Position numbers and translations under genes: made by a program. Below, one piece after another: positions 37,519 through 52,800 of a DNA stretch of 64,000 bases. The stretch's first letter is position 1, and each line of letters opens with the position of its first letter. This stretch comes from Phoronis australis (lineage: Eukaryota > Animalia > Phoronida): contig NMRA01000442.1 of the NCBI GenBank assembly GCA_002633005.1, forward strand, positions 1 to 64,000, given 5' to 3'. Under the pieces are notes generated by a model, which worked only from the letters and a program-made list of their open reading frames with translations, was not told where the DNA came from and did not search any database.

Positions 37519-38840
37519 ATTCGGTCACTCGCAGGATTATAATATGAAGTATTTTGTTAAAACGGAGAAGATATATGACAAGACATATTCCATTTCCCAA
37601 TAAAAGATCCATTATAATTTTTAAAAGGATGCTAGACACTTTTTTGGTAATTTCAACCAATCCTAGTTCTGTTACCTGCTAATGCTTCATTGGTGTACCA
37701 ATTAATTTTAAAACCAAGTTTCAACTAAAAACCCCATACTCATTTGCGTCACATATTGGATATTGTGGCTCTTTGTGGGTGGTTTTTCATTAAAGTTGTC
37801 ATGTTTAACTCGCCTTAAGCATAGGTCATTCTTGCCCGTTTAAAAGACTTTAGAAAAAATCAAACTTTGCTCTAAACTTTCGATTTTTTCGACAGTTACA
37901 GAGCATTATCTTACTTCAGAAAATTTGATGGAAACACTCGTATATATCTTTTAATAGGCCTGGACCAGGTTTGACACTCATTTAACTTCGATACTGCTTG
38001 TATAATCCTCTACGCGGTAGTGTATTTTCTTTTTATTTAATGTGGTCATCATGATTTTAAGATCCCTGGATTTCGGAGCTCTCGGTACAGTACTTGTACA
38101 CGAATTGACCCATGGGTTTGGCAGTCGAGGTAACTCATTGGTGAAGTGATGATGCAAGCGACACAATTTCGCCATTTCCTCAAGTTCTCTAACAGAAGAG
38201 AGGAGTGGCAATAGGGACAAACCGGAATTTAACAGCCTCTATATAATGTAGAGCAAGCTGCCTACTTGACAAAACGACACTTACGCTTCACTTGAAACGA
38301 GAAATCTTCGCTTATGGAACGGAAGCATTGAATTCTGTATCACTTAATAATTATGTGGTCGCCATGTTGCTAGTGTGTGCTTGTAAGCTTCAAAGCATAT
38401 TGCCAAACACGAGCTCTTCTGTCACCTGATTTTAGGGGTTTCTGTTTGTGTCACCTTAAGTGTTTATAAGAATCTCCTGCTGAGTTCACCGCCATCTTGT
38501 ACTTCTCTTTTAAGAGACCATGATAGGAAATGAAGATTGTTCCCGAACAGTTCTTTTTTTGGTGTCAGACTGTTCTTTAATCTGTCGTCGTGATTATTTT
38601 GCTTTCCTTTATTCAACTTTGTTTGGTGAAAAATTTAGAGAGAAGACACAGTGTTTTATAGAACAGTACCCAAAATATCCAGTCCATGACCACTCTGTAA
38701 GTTGAGAACCATGATGCTTGCAATCAACCCTTTACGGATAACAAAAGTCGTTGCGTTGAATCCCAGAGTGCTACATTCATATTATTAGATTCATTCAATC
38801 CAGAAGCAAAGTGTCTCGCAGAATATGATGCGCTCTGTAT
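37519..38840 (+). pseudogene. M13 pseudogene fragment D (exons 14, 15), antisense to and downstream of copy B
   Basis: Exon 14 copy 38062-38129 [22 protein letters not shown]. Exon 15 copy 38617-38696 [25 protein letters not shown], with the acceptor mutated CAG to CAA. No other exons present. Confidence 0.9.
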
Positions 38841-40861
38841 GCGGATTGAAATATTGGTATATTGTATGATCTCTGCAGGTCGTATATCTCTTGTGTACGA
38901 CTTATGACGGTGCCGACGGCTCAGTTTACACGCTATCGCACACTCCTATGCGCATATTATGCCGCCACTGGCTCTCGATAACTAAGGATCGTGTTAATAG
39001 CGTGTGCGTGTACTTAACACCAACCTACTAAAAGAGCAACTTTTTTCATATCATTTTTTAGTAAAAGTACGGCTCGTTGATTATACCAGATAAATGTTTC
39101 AGTTAATTACGGCTCTCCGTACTTTTATTAATTAGTCGTGCACTACACTGGAAGTGGCGTTTAGGGGTTTAATAATTTCCCGCTATTTTGTTTGTAGTGC
39201 GTTCGAGTTTACTGTGAAGATCTGTTCTACTTTTGTTTTTGAGCTGGTTTTCTAAAATTGTCGTCACCACTTCCCATCGAGGAGTATTTTACGACAATCT
39301 AGATTGTTAGAGAACTCAATAACGTTGGATTTATGAATCTTTTCGATTGTAGTAGAATCAATATGGTTGGAGTTGGCGACCCATATCACAGACACAGTGA
39401 CGTAAGTGATGGAGACATTGTTCATAACAGTGGTGAGGAGGTTTTTTTCCAGGATTAGTCTGTGTGTTGATATATGTATGAGCCCAAGTACATTAAGTCA
39501 GAATACGTGCAAATGCACGTTGTGCACTGTTAGGCCTACCTCAATGGAATACCTATGCTGTTCCCACAGGATGGTGACCTGACCACCCAAACCGCTTGCA
39601 CTGTTATTATTTCCATTATCTATCCTCAAATCTAATGTCATGTGACTCACTGAGCAAAGTCATCGGGTTCAGTTTTAATACCGACCGCGCAACAACTAGA
39701 TTTCAATTGAAAGAGCTTGGACTTGGCTTTTTAACTGTTAAACTATTTAACGAACAATTCTAGTTTCAATTTTTTTCAAATGGTCTGTCAAATCTGCTCA
39801 TCACTTCCAAAATAGACAGTTTTGAAAAAAAATCTAGAATATAAGATAGTGGCAAGATATTTTTTGCTGAATGATCAAGATTAACGTTTTAGCTGTATGT
39901 TCAAAAAGTTACATAAAGCTACAAGGTGCGATACGACATTAGACTGATGAGGGTCACGAAACAGTCAATTACATTACCTAGGAAAAGGGGTCTAGCAGAA
40001 AGGTGTCAATTTTGAATAAATGACAAATAATTATGCACAGAATACATTGGTTCTTCCAACCGTCAAATCACAACTTTTAATCTATTTTGTAAATTATTTA
40101 TTTTCGTTGCTGAAAACATGCAATTGTCGAGACGGCAACTATAACCAATTGTGGTTTAATGATCCATTGGCAAAATTAGGGATCATTGAGCGTACTAAAT
40201 GTGGCATTTAGATATTTGATAGGATACCTATCCATATACAAAAAAATGAAATTGTTTTGAATTTTGAGGTGTACACTGATTTTTGAAAACGTACTTGATT
40301 TTATATGCATGTAAGACTTACTCTTAACTTTCCTGATTGGACCGGTTAGTCAATTTGATTTAAGCGTTTTTAAAGCGCCTGGGTGACAAAAGTCCGAATG
40401 TTAGCGTACGAGTTCCCTTTGACTAGAAGAAATGAGGAAGTGCTATTAGAAAATAAAACGTGTTTCGCAAATTTATTCTTGTTCAAAACAATTACAACAT
40501 AAATGTATCTAATAACTCTCAAAAGTACAATAACTTTTCACAGCTAGTCTGCACGTGCTTTTAGACGCACACAAATTCGGTACTGATATGCAAGTAAATT
40601 ACCGCAGATGAACACCGGTAATTTGTAGCCACTGTATCTGTCTAACGCTGACTTTTGCTCATGATTTCTATCGTTTCACGGATTTGGAATTTCAATATTA
40701 TTTTCCCTAAATAATAATATTTCAAAAGTGGGTTTACAAAAAAATATGCTAGGTAACGGGGCCGTGAAAATCCATTCACTACATGCAGGTAGTTTGAATG
40801 ATAATATCGAAGGCAATATTTCATCCTCTTTCTCTCCTAGAGATGTCCTTGGGCTTCTGGT

Positions 40862-43800
40862 TCACCACACCCTGCACTTCTTTAGCGGATTCATACGCGT
40901 TCCTGCCATGCACTTGAATTGCTCCGCGAAGTCCTCAGAGTTGGACAGAGTCCCAATGATCCTGCATGCAATATCATGGGATATTACTATTATTACATAT
41001 TATTATGTACAATACAATGTAGTTTGAGATGAGCATTAGATCAAGCGATTTTGGTCACGTTTACAAGCTTTCAGTATAAATGTGTAGTACAAAAAACAAA
41101 AGTATTTCGTCAAAATTACCCGGAATTGCCTGTATTTCTTCTTAGTGTACAGCCCAATTCATTATGAGAGTTAGAATTTTTCCTAAGCCCGAAAATAAAG
41201 GCTAATTAAAAGGAAAGTTAGTGAGGCAGCTAAGCCATTCTGTACTTAGACCTCTTCGTCCTCATTTTTGTTTTTAACCTCGAGACGGGAAATGGTAGTA
41301 TGTCTGATTTTTGAAAGCTTTCAAGCTTCACCAGCAATCATACGCCCAGAGACTTCTTTAGGGAATGCTTGTACATCTATTGATAAAAAATAATATGCTT
41401 CGGTTTCTGTGGGAATTAACAATGAGACTTTATGAGGAAAATCTCACCACGGAAGGAAACGTGTGTAAAGTTGAATGTCGTTCTATTTATGATTTGCGGG
41501 GTGTTGCACAATCTGACCTATACCTAGTTCTCAAGTTACGACGACTTAGTCGGATTGGGCAGTTCAGGCTCATAAAATAGGCCTCATAGTATTCCTTTCT
41601 GTGACAGTAACTTCGTGTTTGATAGATACTCGCCTCTACGAAACATACGCCCGGTCGGGAGAGCCAGTCTTCTTGATATAAATTTGTTGACCTTCATGCT
41701 CAGGACAAAGAAAGGCACTGGCAAGATGGAACTATCGGTAAATCCTAATTGGATTCTACTGTAAGTCTCCACCAGAATTTTTCCATGCCGTCTCTAACCC
41801 AGATTCGATAATTACCATTTCAATCCGGTGAAGATTAGAAAACGAGACCATCTGATTTCTCAACCCATTCTAAGTAGCGATCGAATACACATTCAGCGTT
41901 GCACGGCTCACTTTGTCACTGACAAAGTAAGCAGGAAACAACGGATGGTCACACCGTTTTGCTGTGGACATGGCTCAAGGCATGCCAGCTAGAGCACTAA
42001 GAACAGAAGTTTCATGTTCAGTAAATTATTGAAGATGCGCCAACAAGTTGATATTTTGATGTCTAATCCTCAACGGTTGGCCTCGGTCTGTAGTCAAGGC
42101 TAATTTTAGCAACCCATAATCGCCCCTCATGCGATCCACTCACCTATATCTGTCTGGAGTGTGTGGGTCATTCTCCAGGCTGAACGCAGCCTGCTCCTTA
42201 GATGTCGAGGAGCAGAATACCTGAAGAAACCGAAACAAAACGCATTATTTATGTCATGATCAGCATTGTCTTCAGTGCTGCTTGACCTGAACGCCCGATA
42301 CCAATTATGTTTTGGTGTGAAAATGTCATTTTACGTAATGTGGAAATGGTCAATGCTTTGAAGGATCAGACCTTGATAACCATTGTTGCTAATCCAAATC
42401 GAAGGGCTAGCATTAAAATCATAATAAAATATTACGTACTTTTGTTGCTATGATAATTGGAAACAGCAACCTATTTCTAAAAAATCTTTCAATTTGCAAC
42501 TGAAGTTACTAAGCTTATTGAATTCTCAAGATGGCAGTATTTTGCCTGGCCTAATGAAACGCCAATTTAGCTCATTGTTTACACTTTGTCGCATGTTGCA
42601 TGACAAAATCCAGAAAATGGGTTGTCGAATGACAAATTGGAACGCCTACTCTCACCTGTGAAAATCCTAGAAAGAACAGCTGTTTATGTGTCAGTTTCAG
42701 TCCTGGAAGAGCCATTTCTTTGCTATTACTTGCCGCCCAACTTTCGTAGGCCTGACGGATAAAGGGAAAATATGCATGACTCATCGGTTGTATCGCGCGG
42801 CCGTTTACTGATAGATGGGTTACTTGTGTTAATTTGTTTGAGTAGACTTGCGAACGTGCGATCGAGATTAATAAAGTGGTTAACTCGGATCAATCTTCAC
42901 TGAGTGCATCGCCGCCCCGAAAATTAAAAGCACAAGTGAATAACAACCTGCGTCTACCTATCCACGAGAGAAAATATCAAGGACTACAACAATAGTTTTT
43001 GTAGTTATAATGGCAACTATGACGTACAAGAGACTGGTGGGCGGCTGGGCAGTAATGGTAATAATTAATTTGATGTGGTGATCTTGTGTCAGTTTTTATA
43101 ATAATGACATTAATGACGATGGCAGTAGTTGTACTTTCGTGTTGGACGTGATTTTAGAAAATGGTGTCGATGATGTCGATGTCATTTGAAAAGGTGATTG
43201 TAAATTGGAGACGGTGAAAGGGAGTGTTGTTCATTTTGAAGGGTTTGGAACGATTGCCTCGATGATGGTGAGATAAGCAGCAGCTAGGTGGGCGATTATT
43301 TTAGCTTTCAGGGAAGCAAAGTTTAGTAATGGTGATTGTGGTGGTGGCTGTAGTAGTAGTGGTGTTGTTACTGATGGTTATCACGGATACGACGACGATG
43401 TTTGTTACTGGTGACAACAGTTGCACTAGTCGGTTAAGCCACAACTTAGTAATTCGCCAATTATACACTGAAATACAGAGACCCATCGTCGACATTCGCT
43501 ATTTGACTGCCATTGTAAGTAGGAAAAGCCATCAACTAATTTACAATCAAAACGTCAGCTCTTACCTTGAATGCGGCATGAATCCCGCCGTTGTCAGCAA
43601 TGTTCTCATGAAGAGTTGCTTTGCCGTTCACCTGTGGACAGTAATGCTAAACATTTAGGAATTAGACGACAGGTATCTCAAACTAAGCTGTCCACTATTA
43701 AAGACTACTTGACAAATTTTGTCTTACGCTCATACTTCACCATAACTAGATAAATGTTTAAAATTCTAATTATAAGCACACCGCCTCCAGTAGCCGATTT

Positions 43801-46800
43801 CAACTCTCAAAACATGTTTTCCGTTATATTTTGAGTTGAAAAATTAAACTTGATAAATTATTGATAGCCGGATCACCCGTTTCGATACTGCACTCAAGTG
43901 GCAATGGACAGTATCGAACACCCCGGTGAAACGAAGAAGTTCATTTTCAATAGTGCTTTGTACCAAGTTATACCGTACTGAAGACAAAAAGGATGTTTCA
44001 AAAGGTAAGGCCCAATGACTATCATAATCGGTCCAGTCAGAATGAGGTAAAACTAACCTGTTTGATATCATCTCCGGCTATTATAGCACTTAGGACAAAA
44101 ATTGAATGAGATACTATGTCCTTTAGTGAATAAGATAATGTGTAACTGTTTGTCGTTGAGAACCGGTCAGGGTCCAGGCCACGGAGTTACATGGAAGTCA
44201 GTCTTCACCTGATTTTACCAGAAATCTACAAGCCTCCTCGAACAGATGCTTTCCTATTCTAAAAGTTTAATGAAGCTCTGTGATATGCCATTCATTCCAA
44301 AAACAAAACACTCATCTACCGGGGAAAGTTCTAGCGAAAAACACAAAGCCGACTGCCCTCTTTGGACGTCCGGGTAATGACGTAAGTGTAATTTAATGTG
44401 TATTTCAATTGGCTAACAACCCCATATCTGTACTACAGAGTACACAATCACCTGCACGGCAACTGTTTGGTTCTGGACTGGATGAATCTAATCATTCAAA
44501 TCTCTGTGATGCAACGCAACGATTGTTTTTAATTGTAAACATCATGATTGTCAACTTACATAATGATCATAGACTGGATATTTTGAGTACTGATCTATAA
44601 AACATTGCGTCTTCTCTCTGAATGTTTCACCAAACTGAGCTGAAAAAAGACAGCAAAATAATCAGAGGGCAGAATAAAAATAGGGTGCAAACAAAACTCT
44701 AAGCGAACAATGCGAGTGGTAGTGTAGTAGCTATTTCTTAATTAAAAACTGATACTGAGGTGGAAAGTGCTGCGATAGATTATTAACTTCTCGATTTTTT
44801 TCAGATTGCCGTGCACCTTCCATCAAACAACTCATAACCGTTGACTCATCTGAGGAAGAGTCACAAGTAATTGATAAGATGTTGCGGTTTTATCTTCATG
44901 GTCTACCGTAACAAGATTGTGGTGCTTAACACAAGCTAGAGAATGCACAAACCCCGGAGTCACGGGTAAAAGACGGTGGTGAACTCAGTAGGCGATCACA
45001 AAAACTTAAATCACTCAAAATCACGCGAATGAAGTGCTAGTGTTTGACAATATGCTCGGAAGCTTTCTAGCGTACACCGCAAAACATCGATGGCGACCAC
45101 ATAATACGGAATTCATTGTTTCCGCTCCGTAAGTGACGATGTATCGTAGCAAGTGAGCTTGGGTCTACCTAACACAGACTAGTATGGTCGATTTGTAAAG
45201 ATAGGTAGACTGCTCCACACTCTCTACATTCCGGTTTGTGACTATTCCCACTTCTCCTGTTAGACAATTTGAGGAAATGACGAAAACATGTCGTTTGCAG
45301 CACCACTTCACCAATGAGTTACCTCGACTGTCAAACCCGTGCGTCAATTCGTGCCCAAGTACTGTACCGAGAGCTCCAAAATTCAAGGATCTGAAAATCA
45401 TGACGACAGCATAAATGACGAGAAAAGACGTTATTGTGTAGGGGTCCATACAAGCGCTATCGAAGTTAAAAGGATGCCAAACCCAGTTTAAGCCTATTAC
45501 AAGATGCTATACAGGACCAATTCCATCATCAAAGTCTCTGCAAAAATATAATGCTTTGCAACCTTCGAGGTTCGTCGAGGGTTAAAGATGCAACATTCTC
45601 CAGTGAAAGTCAGGAGGCACTGACATTTAATGGAAATGTGAACAAACTACTCAACCCGATATTTTAGGCATATAAAGATTTTCTGATAAACAAAAATGGG
45701 CAAATATCTATCACGTGGGTATGAAATGTACAGCACTGTGGATAGCTCATCACATTGGTTGCAGTGTAGCACTTTCCATAAAAATTTAGAAATAAACAAT
45801 TTCTTTCAGAACGCAAAAGTTAGTGATCCTGATAGTGTATATGTTACAGTAAACAATATACATGGGAACACAGTTTTACGGTTGTTCAGTTACTACAGAA
45901 AATGGACTCTGGAAAGTAACAGTATTCATAAAAAGAGACGATATTATTCTGAGCACCTGTTGTATAGCTGCCACAGTCAACATTCAATAAGGAAAAAACT
46001 AAACAACTGAATTGAAAAGCGGGCTTAAAGATAAAAAGCGCGACACCTGTGTCTCAGCCAAAACGTGAGGCTGAAATGTTTGCTGCAACACTCAGAGACG
46101 TAGTGACAACGTTTTTGCCTAACGGGAGATGTAATACCCAACAATGGCCAGCACGTTGTTGGGAAATTGCGAGGGCGGCAAAAACCAGTTAAACCTCCCG
46201 TTTTTTAGTCGAGCGGGAACTATGGCTATGTCGCGTGGAAAATTACAATAGTAACTGACAATACGTGTATGTCAATATCACCTTGTGTCGAAAAGCGAAA
46301 CATTTAAATGGTGTCGGCCAAGAACGAGTCATTGACAAATACACTCTACGCCGTCAGCAACACAAAGTATTGGATTGGGTTTTACAAGGTAAATTTAATT
46401 TTTTTAAAAATTTTATTTCACGGTAAAGACGTAAACACACACGCCCACATAAAAACATACACACACACAAACACACATACACACACATATGAGTAATTTT
46501 TCTAAAGTTACGTAAATACACCTGTTTTAAGGTCAAAACTTTTAATATAGGCAAAACATATATTCTTGTCGTAAAATGTTGTAAAATGAATTTAACAGCC
46601 AAAAATCCTGACATGCAGTATGATAGGTTGTCGAAAGTGGTTCTACAACGGAAACTGAAAAGATGTGAGAGGCCAACCTACTCCCGGCATTCATCCAGTG
46701 TCAAAGGTCGGTGACTAAACTTACCGAGACATCAATAATTGAATGGAATCGTACCTTACTAGTCTCGCGGGATGAACAATAACAACGAAATGAACGTGAA

Positions 46801-49800
46801 ACAAAAATTAGCTTCGATTTGATAACTACACCCCCCCCCCCCCCNNNNCCCCCAGATCAAAACTCAGAACAGCTGGAAGCCGGAAATTCTCAGTTCAAAC
46901 TCTCGCCGCTAGTGACTGGATTGCAAAGCTTTAATAACAGAATGTTTAGGTCACGTGGGGGAGTTGGAAATCCACCGCTAGACTTCTGTGTGATGTTGAG
47001 GAATTTTAGCTGCGGAAGCACGGTTGGTCTAAGTTTCTTGCTGGCGTTGTTACATTACTTAGGAAATTGACGATCATAAAAGGGTGGTTGAAGTATTCCA
47101 GCCATGATAAATATTTCGTTGGTGAGCGGTTTGTAGTGTGCATCTACAACTTGTGGCATCTTATCCCACCTGAAAGAAAGAGCAATAACGTGACTTCAAT
47201 GACTTCAGCACTGGAAAGCTTCGGATATAATTTGCATGCCACATACTTTTTTGTAACTGTCGTTCAGTTATCATGTTTACAACCATTCGCTAAATGGATG
47301 CTTTCGATCACAGGTGCGTATCTCGGTCTTTTTAGCACACACCCTCATAAACTCTATATGTAGTAAATTTAAATCAAGTCTCCTTTATCCATTCTGAAGA
47401 AGGTCTGCCTATAGTGCCGCGATGTTCTTAATCTCATCCGATTACCGTGACACACTTATCGAACGATACCTATCCTGTGATTGGCTGTTACTTGACTTTC
47501 GTTGAGTGATCGAATATCTCAGTCAACGGGTGGACTCAATCGAAGGTTAGGCAGCAACCAATCATAAAGTAGGTAGCGATTGATAAGCGTGTCACGCTGT
47601 CTCGAGATTGCGAACAGCGCAAGACTTCCTGCAGCTTACTTTCGCAATGGTTGGAGGACACTTGAATTCCCTTTATTACATGTAGGCGCATGATTTATGA
47701 GAGGTACGTCCTGAAAAGATTGACAAAGCACTCGTACTTCGATGACCTAGAACAACGCTATAGATCAATAGATTGGTCAAATTCAAGGTGCAACAAAGTT
47801 AAGGTTTAAAACAGACTTGGGAAGAACTGAAGTTTAGTTATTGCTTCAGGATAAGCTCTGCATTAAGTTACTCCTCATGGCGAATTTTATTCATTGTAAA
47901 GCAATAAACGTAGAGGCCAGAGAAGTAATAGGGCTCTGGGATGAAGTGAAAATGAAGGAAATTGATACTCAGGCATTTCAGTTCAAACAAAGAATAAGAG
48001 CGTGGGATGGTGCTTTGGAAGATAGTTGCCTTTTTGACACCAAAGCAAGTTATGTAATAACTTCAGTCTTCATTTTATTCAATTTCTTGAATCGATGAAC
48101 CAAAACCAAATTCTGAGACAAAACGTTTTACGTAAGAGTAAATGTTTATGTGTGGTCTACTTTCATAAAAATGCCACAAACTTGTCGCATATCTCTTAAC
48201 GCTTACAGTAGAGTTCCGCACCCACTGACATATACTGATAAAGAAAAATTGAAAATTAGCTTGAAATTAGAGCTTACTGGTCCTTTGCTGATTCTGTCAA
48301 GCTTTTCACTCGTGTTTGGGTAATAAACTTCAGGATACTTGCGTAGTTCTGAAAGAAGTCGTCTTCAGAAATCACCAGCTGAAACAACAAGAAGCACAAT
48401 GCTCAATACAATAAAGCAAAGGCATATATGAAAGCAAACATTGTAATGATTCACATAAATTATAATTATAATTCCTTGTACGTCTGAGTTAGTACCCGTG
48501 TTAACGGAAGTGGCTGGAATGCGTCTAAAACGACTTGTCCGTTTTAGAGCCCAACAATGACAGGAAAAATGTGCTTTCGGAACTCAGCTTTGCGTTGATG
48601 CAACAACGTATAGGACTATACACAATATCACGAGGAATTATCGCGTGTGTTTTTAAGCAGCTGCGGCTTTTCATTGCTCCACCTTATCTGTCTGATACAT
48701 CTTAAAAGATTTAATAACCTTTAATATACCTATTGGCAAGAAACAAGCTGCAAAAAAACTGTTATTGGGGCTGTACATAATGGGTGAAAGACCGTCTCTG
48801 CCGTTGATGTTATTACCAGTGCGATACTGAGGAGTTGTGATAGAAAAGTCCGCGGAGAGATGCCTTTTTCAAACATAGAAAAGTGGGTTTCTGGAGGCCG
48901 TAGTAGCAGCAAGTTGACTGAGAACGTCTCTGTGTTCGAATTTCCCAAGTACGTGAACGTTGCGCAGAAATGGCATCAGTTTGTGAGCCGAACGAGAGTG
49001 GGATGTCAGTGTGGGACATGCGATTCAGTCGGGAGCCACACTTTTTTCGGCAGGAATCGTGTTTCGATAAAACACAAAACCGGTGTTATGATAAAGGACT
49101 TGACACCTTGTAAGTGTATTTCCAAATCTTATAAATAACGAACAAACTTCTTCCATTCTAGAGCGAGTGATGCCAGAATCTCGACCCCTGCCCAGATCGA
49201 GTGCTACGACACGTAGGCTTATTTTCAGACCGTGGGCTCATTCCATCACGGCAATAGCGAATATACGAGTGATCCAGGTTTACTGTGACTTTTGTCAGTG
49301 ATTCGCAAGTGTCTATTTGGGGAATATTGGCCACACTTCTGTTTAGTTGGTTGTGGCTCGTATATGTCTGCAGCAATTCGTGTGCAAGTGGGTCTAGTTC
49401 ATATGGCCTCAATGCCGACGAAAGTTCACTAAATGGGAAACCGAATTTATTGACTGGTACTTCAAGTATTTGAGTGCAATGCCCGGCTCTCTCCTCCCTG
49501 TCTATATAAATGTCCAGTTCTCGCTCGAAATTGCCCTCGTCTTTCCGCCATTGCAATTGATTATCAAGTGACCAAATGTCCTCCACCCATTACATAATTT
49601 GGCAAGAAAATGGAAATGACTAATTTTTCTACGAAATATCTTACCGTCTTGTATTTTTCGTCAAGAGCTGTTGCATCGTTGATCCAGGCTGGGAACCCGA
49701 TTCTATCTATAACTCTATCTACCTGAAAAATAAACGTAAAAAATAAAATAGCTTTGCTACTATGTAAAATAAATACATTACAATGCCAAGCTGTTATGTA

Positions 49801-52800
49801 ATTCTGTTTTTACGCCAATTCCGTCGCTAATTGTTACCAGTCTGGACCCAGTTTATCTGGCATTGACATTTACAGGTAGGTGGAAGAACTCGTGCACGCT
49901 TTGATGACCATGGAAACACATATTTTTCACATGGAGTCTAGAATGCCTTGAAATGCTTACACCAACAGGTAGTAAGCCTATTTACATTAGCACCACGATG
50001 TTACAGCGCTCTTAGATGGAGGAGTTCATGTAGGTACACTCAATGCGGGCACTTTGGATAACATATTTTCTCTTTGGTATGCATTAGGATTTGCATCGAG
50101 GACTGTTGTCAAGCCATGACTGTCTAAGTCACTGGGTCATCAAACTTCGAGTCGATAGGCTGCTAGCAAGGCGTCACGGGCACAACCGTCTTGATCTTCC
50201 TTTTACTTCAGGCTGTTTCATTGTTAAGTATCCTGATGTTATCCCAGCTGTGGATAATGTATTGTTTCGATCACATGCTGTGCTACTCCTAACGAGTTAC
50301 TCAAACTTGACTATTTAATTTTTAAGAGATTACCTACGACATAGACCAAATCAAAATGAAGAGGAAGAATGTCACCGAACTTTGACGTCGAGCTTGTTAT
50401 TATCTTGCAGTGTTACTCGCGGATGTTGAGGTTGTCTAGCAACTCTGCGTCAACAACAACTTCTTTTCAACAGAGAGTGAACTATTTAGGACTATTCATG
50501 GTTTAGTGAAAGAGGACCAACGTGCTGAGATAGAGCATGGAGTGCATTTTTAAACTATTACGATACAAATTGGGAGGCATCAAATCCACACTCTGATTTA
50601 AATGGTGTTATCAGGGCTAGCAAAGTAATTAAGAGTGATTGCCTGTATCAATCAGGCAAAAGGTTTTAATCCGTGAAGACGACTTTTCACGCAGTTTAAA
50701 ATTGATATCGCCTCTTGGATTAACCTAACTCTAAACAATAAAAACTAGTAGTTTCCAGGAATCCGTCACAACTTCGTCGCAAATATTTCTCGGAAATGGA
50801 ATGTAAAGTTCTCTCCATTAATGTACTTGATACTTGTGCAGGTTGTAACACAGGAAGGTGGTCGGAGAAATAACCGACTAAAACGCCATGGCAATGTGAA
50901 CAGAGATTGGTACAAACAGACCAAAAGATTTTAGGCTTGTTGTTAATACAGTACATCGTCACCTAAAATTGGTTGTAAAAAGACATTCTGTCACCACGAG
51001 AAACTGTCGCCAGAGACATTTCAATTTTATGAGTAAAATCATTAACTACGTATCAACGTAATGAGTCGTGTTGCTTACGGAGGCACTGCATAATCTCTTT
51101 AAAGCAATTACAAAGAGATGTTGCATCCTCGATACACTTGTGATATGTCACCTCATTGACACATACCTTATCTTTGATTGCCTTCTGTGTCAACCAGTTT
51201 AACCACGAGAGTCTTGAAACATTTTCCTTAAATGCCGTTTTCACTTCGTCCATCATTTTCTCCGCCTGCGAAGGAAAAGATCAAAATTGATGAAAATGAT
51301 TTCTCCAAGCATTTAGGAAGGGAATGGTTACTGAGCTCTCCAACACAAAACGGTTAACACAAACCACTTATTCTAAAACATTATATGTAAGACCAACAGT
51401 GGTCCTTGTAAAACCTTAAAGTAACATGCATGATCGCGAGTGAATGAGTCTTACATATTTCACACTTGCTATGACAAGATGGCGGATATTTTTGGTGTTC
51501 AGAGTTTTAAAAGGCACAGTATGAGCTTCGACTCTCCGCATTTACTATTAATTTAATTAATTTTAGTAAACCTGAAAACTCATCAGTTATAGACCGGATA
51601 TCAACACGGACGTGCCATTATGAAATGTAACGTTGCACAATGTAGATAACGTCATGCAACGGAAACTTGTTTTGAATAGATAAGTTATAAGTTGTATGCA
51701 ACCTAGCCCTGATGTATCGTACGACGAAAGCCTTCACCAACCAACCTTATCCTTATCGTCTTTAGAGAACGCTTCTTTAACAAACATGGTTGCCAGTGGG
51801 AACCCCATGGCGGCATCAGCTATAGAGATACACCTTGTCCATCGTGACTCTTCTCCCTGAATACCTTTTAGGTTGAAAATTTAAAGGTATGTTCTTCGGC
51901 CATAGAAAATAAAGTACACTGTCTATGATTTGAAAAGACAAGACATTACTTCTGTATTGGCAAGACTTTTACAAACGTCTTCTAATTTCCTATGACTGTA
52001 CGTCACATGTATTGCACCATCAGCATAAGTCTATTCTGACACTGCCTACAACAGACGATACTGAAACGTACACTATAGATTTTAACCATTTCCGTTAATG
52101 AACTGCATGGGCATGATTTAGATGACCGACTTGATGAGATTGCTATTGAAATTTTGCGAGGAACAAATATTTGGTTGATTCGCTAGTACCACGTTGGACT
52201 GACTGAGAGATCACTCAGAACTCTCTTGATTTCAAATCGGTACCAGTCAGATTTTGGTATTTGGTAAAAGTAGGCAAGGTTTTATTGGCGTAACTTTTAT
52301 ACCTTTTGATCTTTACCTCCATAAAAACCATTAAAATACACCGTTCCTACCATATAAACATTACATTAAGGTGGTACGATTGAATTTTTGCCCCAGTGCC
52401 GTTAAAAATTGGAGCCATTTTAAGTTTTGTGCTGCATCCAAAGGCAACAAATCATGGCAGTTGATTGATTTTGAGTCTGTTCTAAATGAAAGATTATTAT
52501 TAGCTTGCTCCTTGATCCACTTTTTGTTGAGTCGTGTCTTTTCACACCTTGCACTTCTTGCAGACGGGAAGTTCAAGTTGAACAGGTAATTCAAGAATCG
52601 CTTAGACTTTTCTATCTGTAAAAAGGCTGGCTAGTCGAACCACACTTTTCACCTGAATTGATAATCTGGTGAGTTTCGACAATCTGAATGCATTGCATCT
52701 AAATTCGTAGTAAGCACTTGTAAGTGGCAATTTTAGGTTAAAAATTGCTGTTAGGTGCATTCTTGCTTCTTTAGCCCAGTATACTGTTCCTATTGTAAGG

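Noticed and set aside
38062-38129. Third functional HEXXH exon or alternative exon
   Set aside because: It lies beyond A's stop and poly(A) signal and is antisense to B. The conserved Asp is Gly (HGFG), and the next exon's acceptor is mutated.
43329-43658. ORF with a poly-Val 'signal peptide'
   Set aside because: It derives from a GTN trinucleotide low-complexity tract and runs antisense across exon 16 of copy B.
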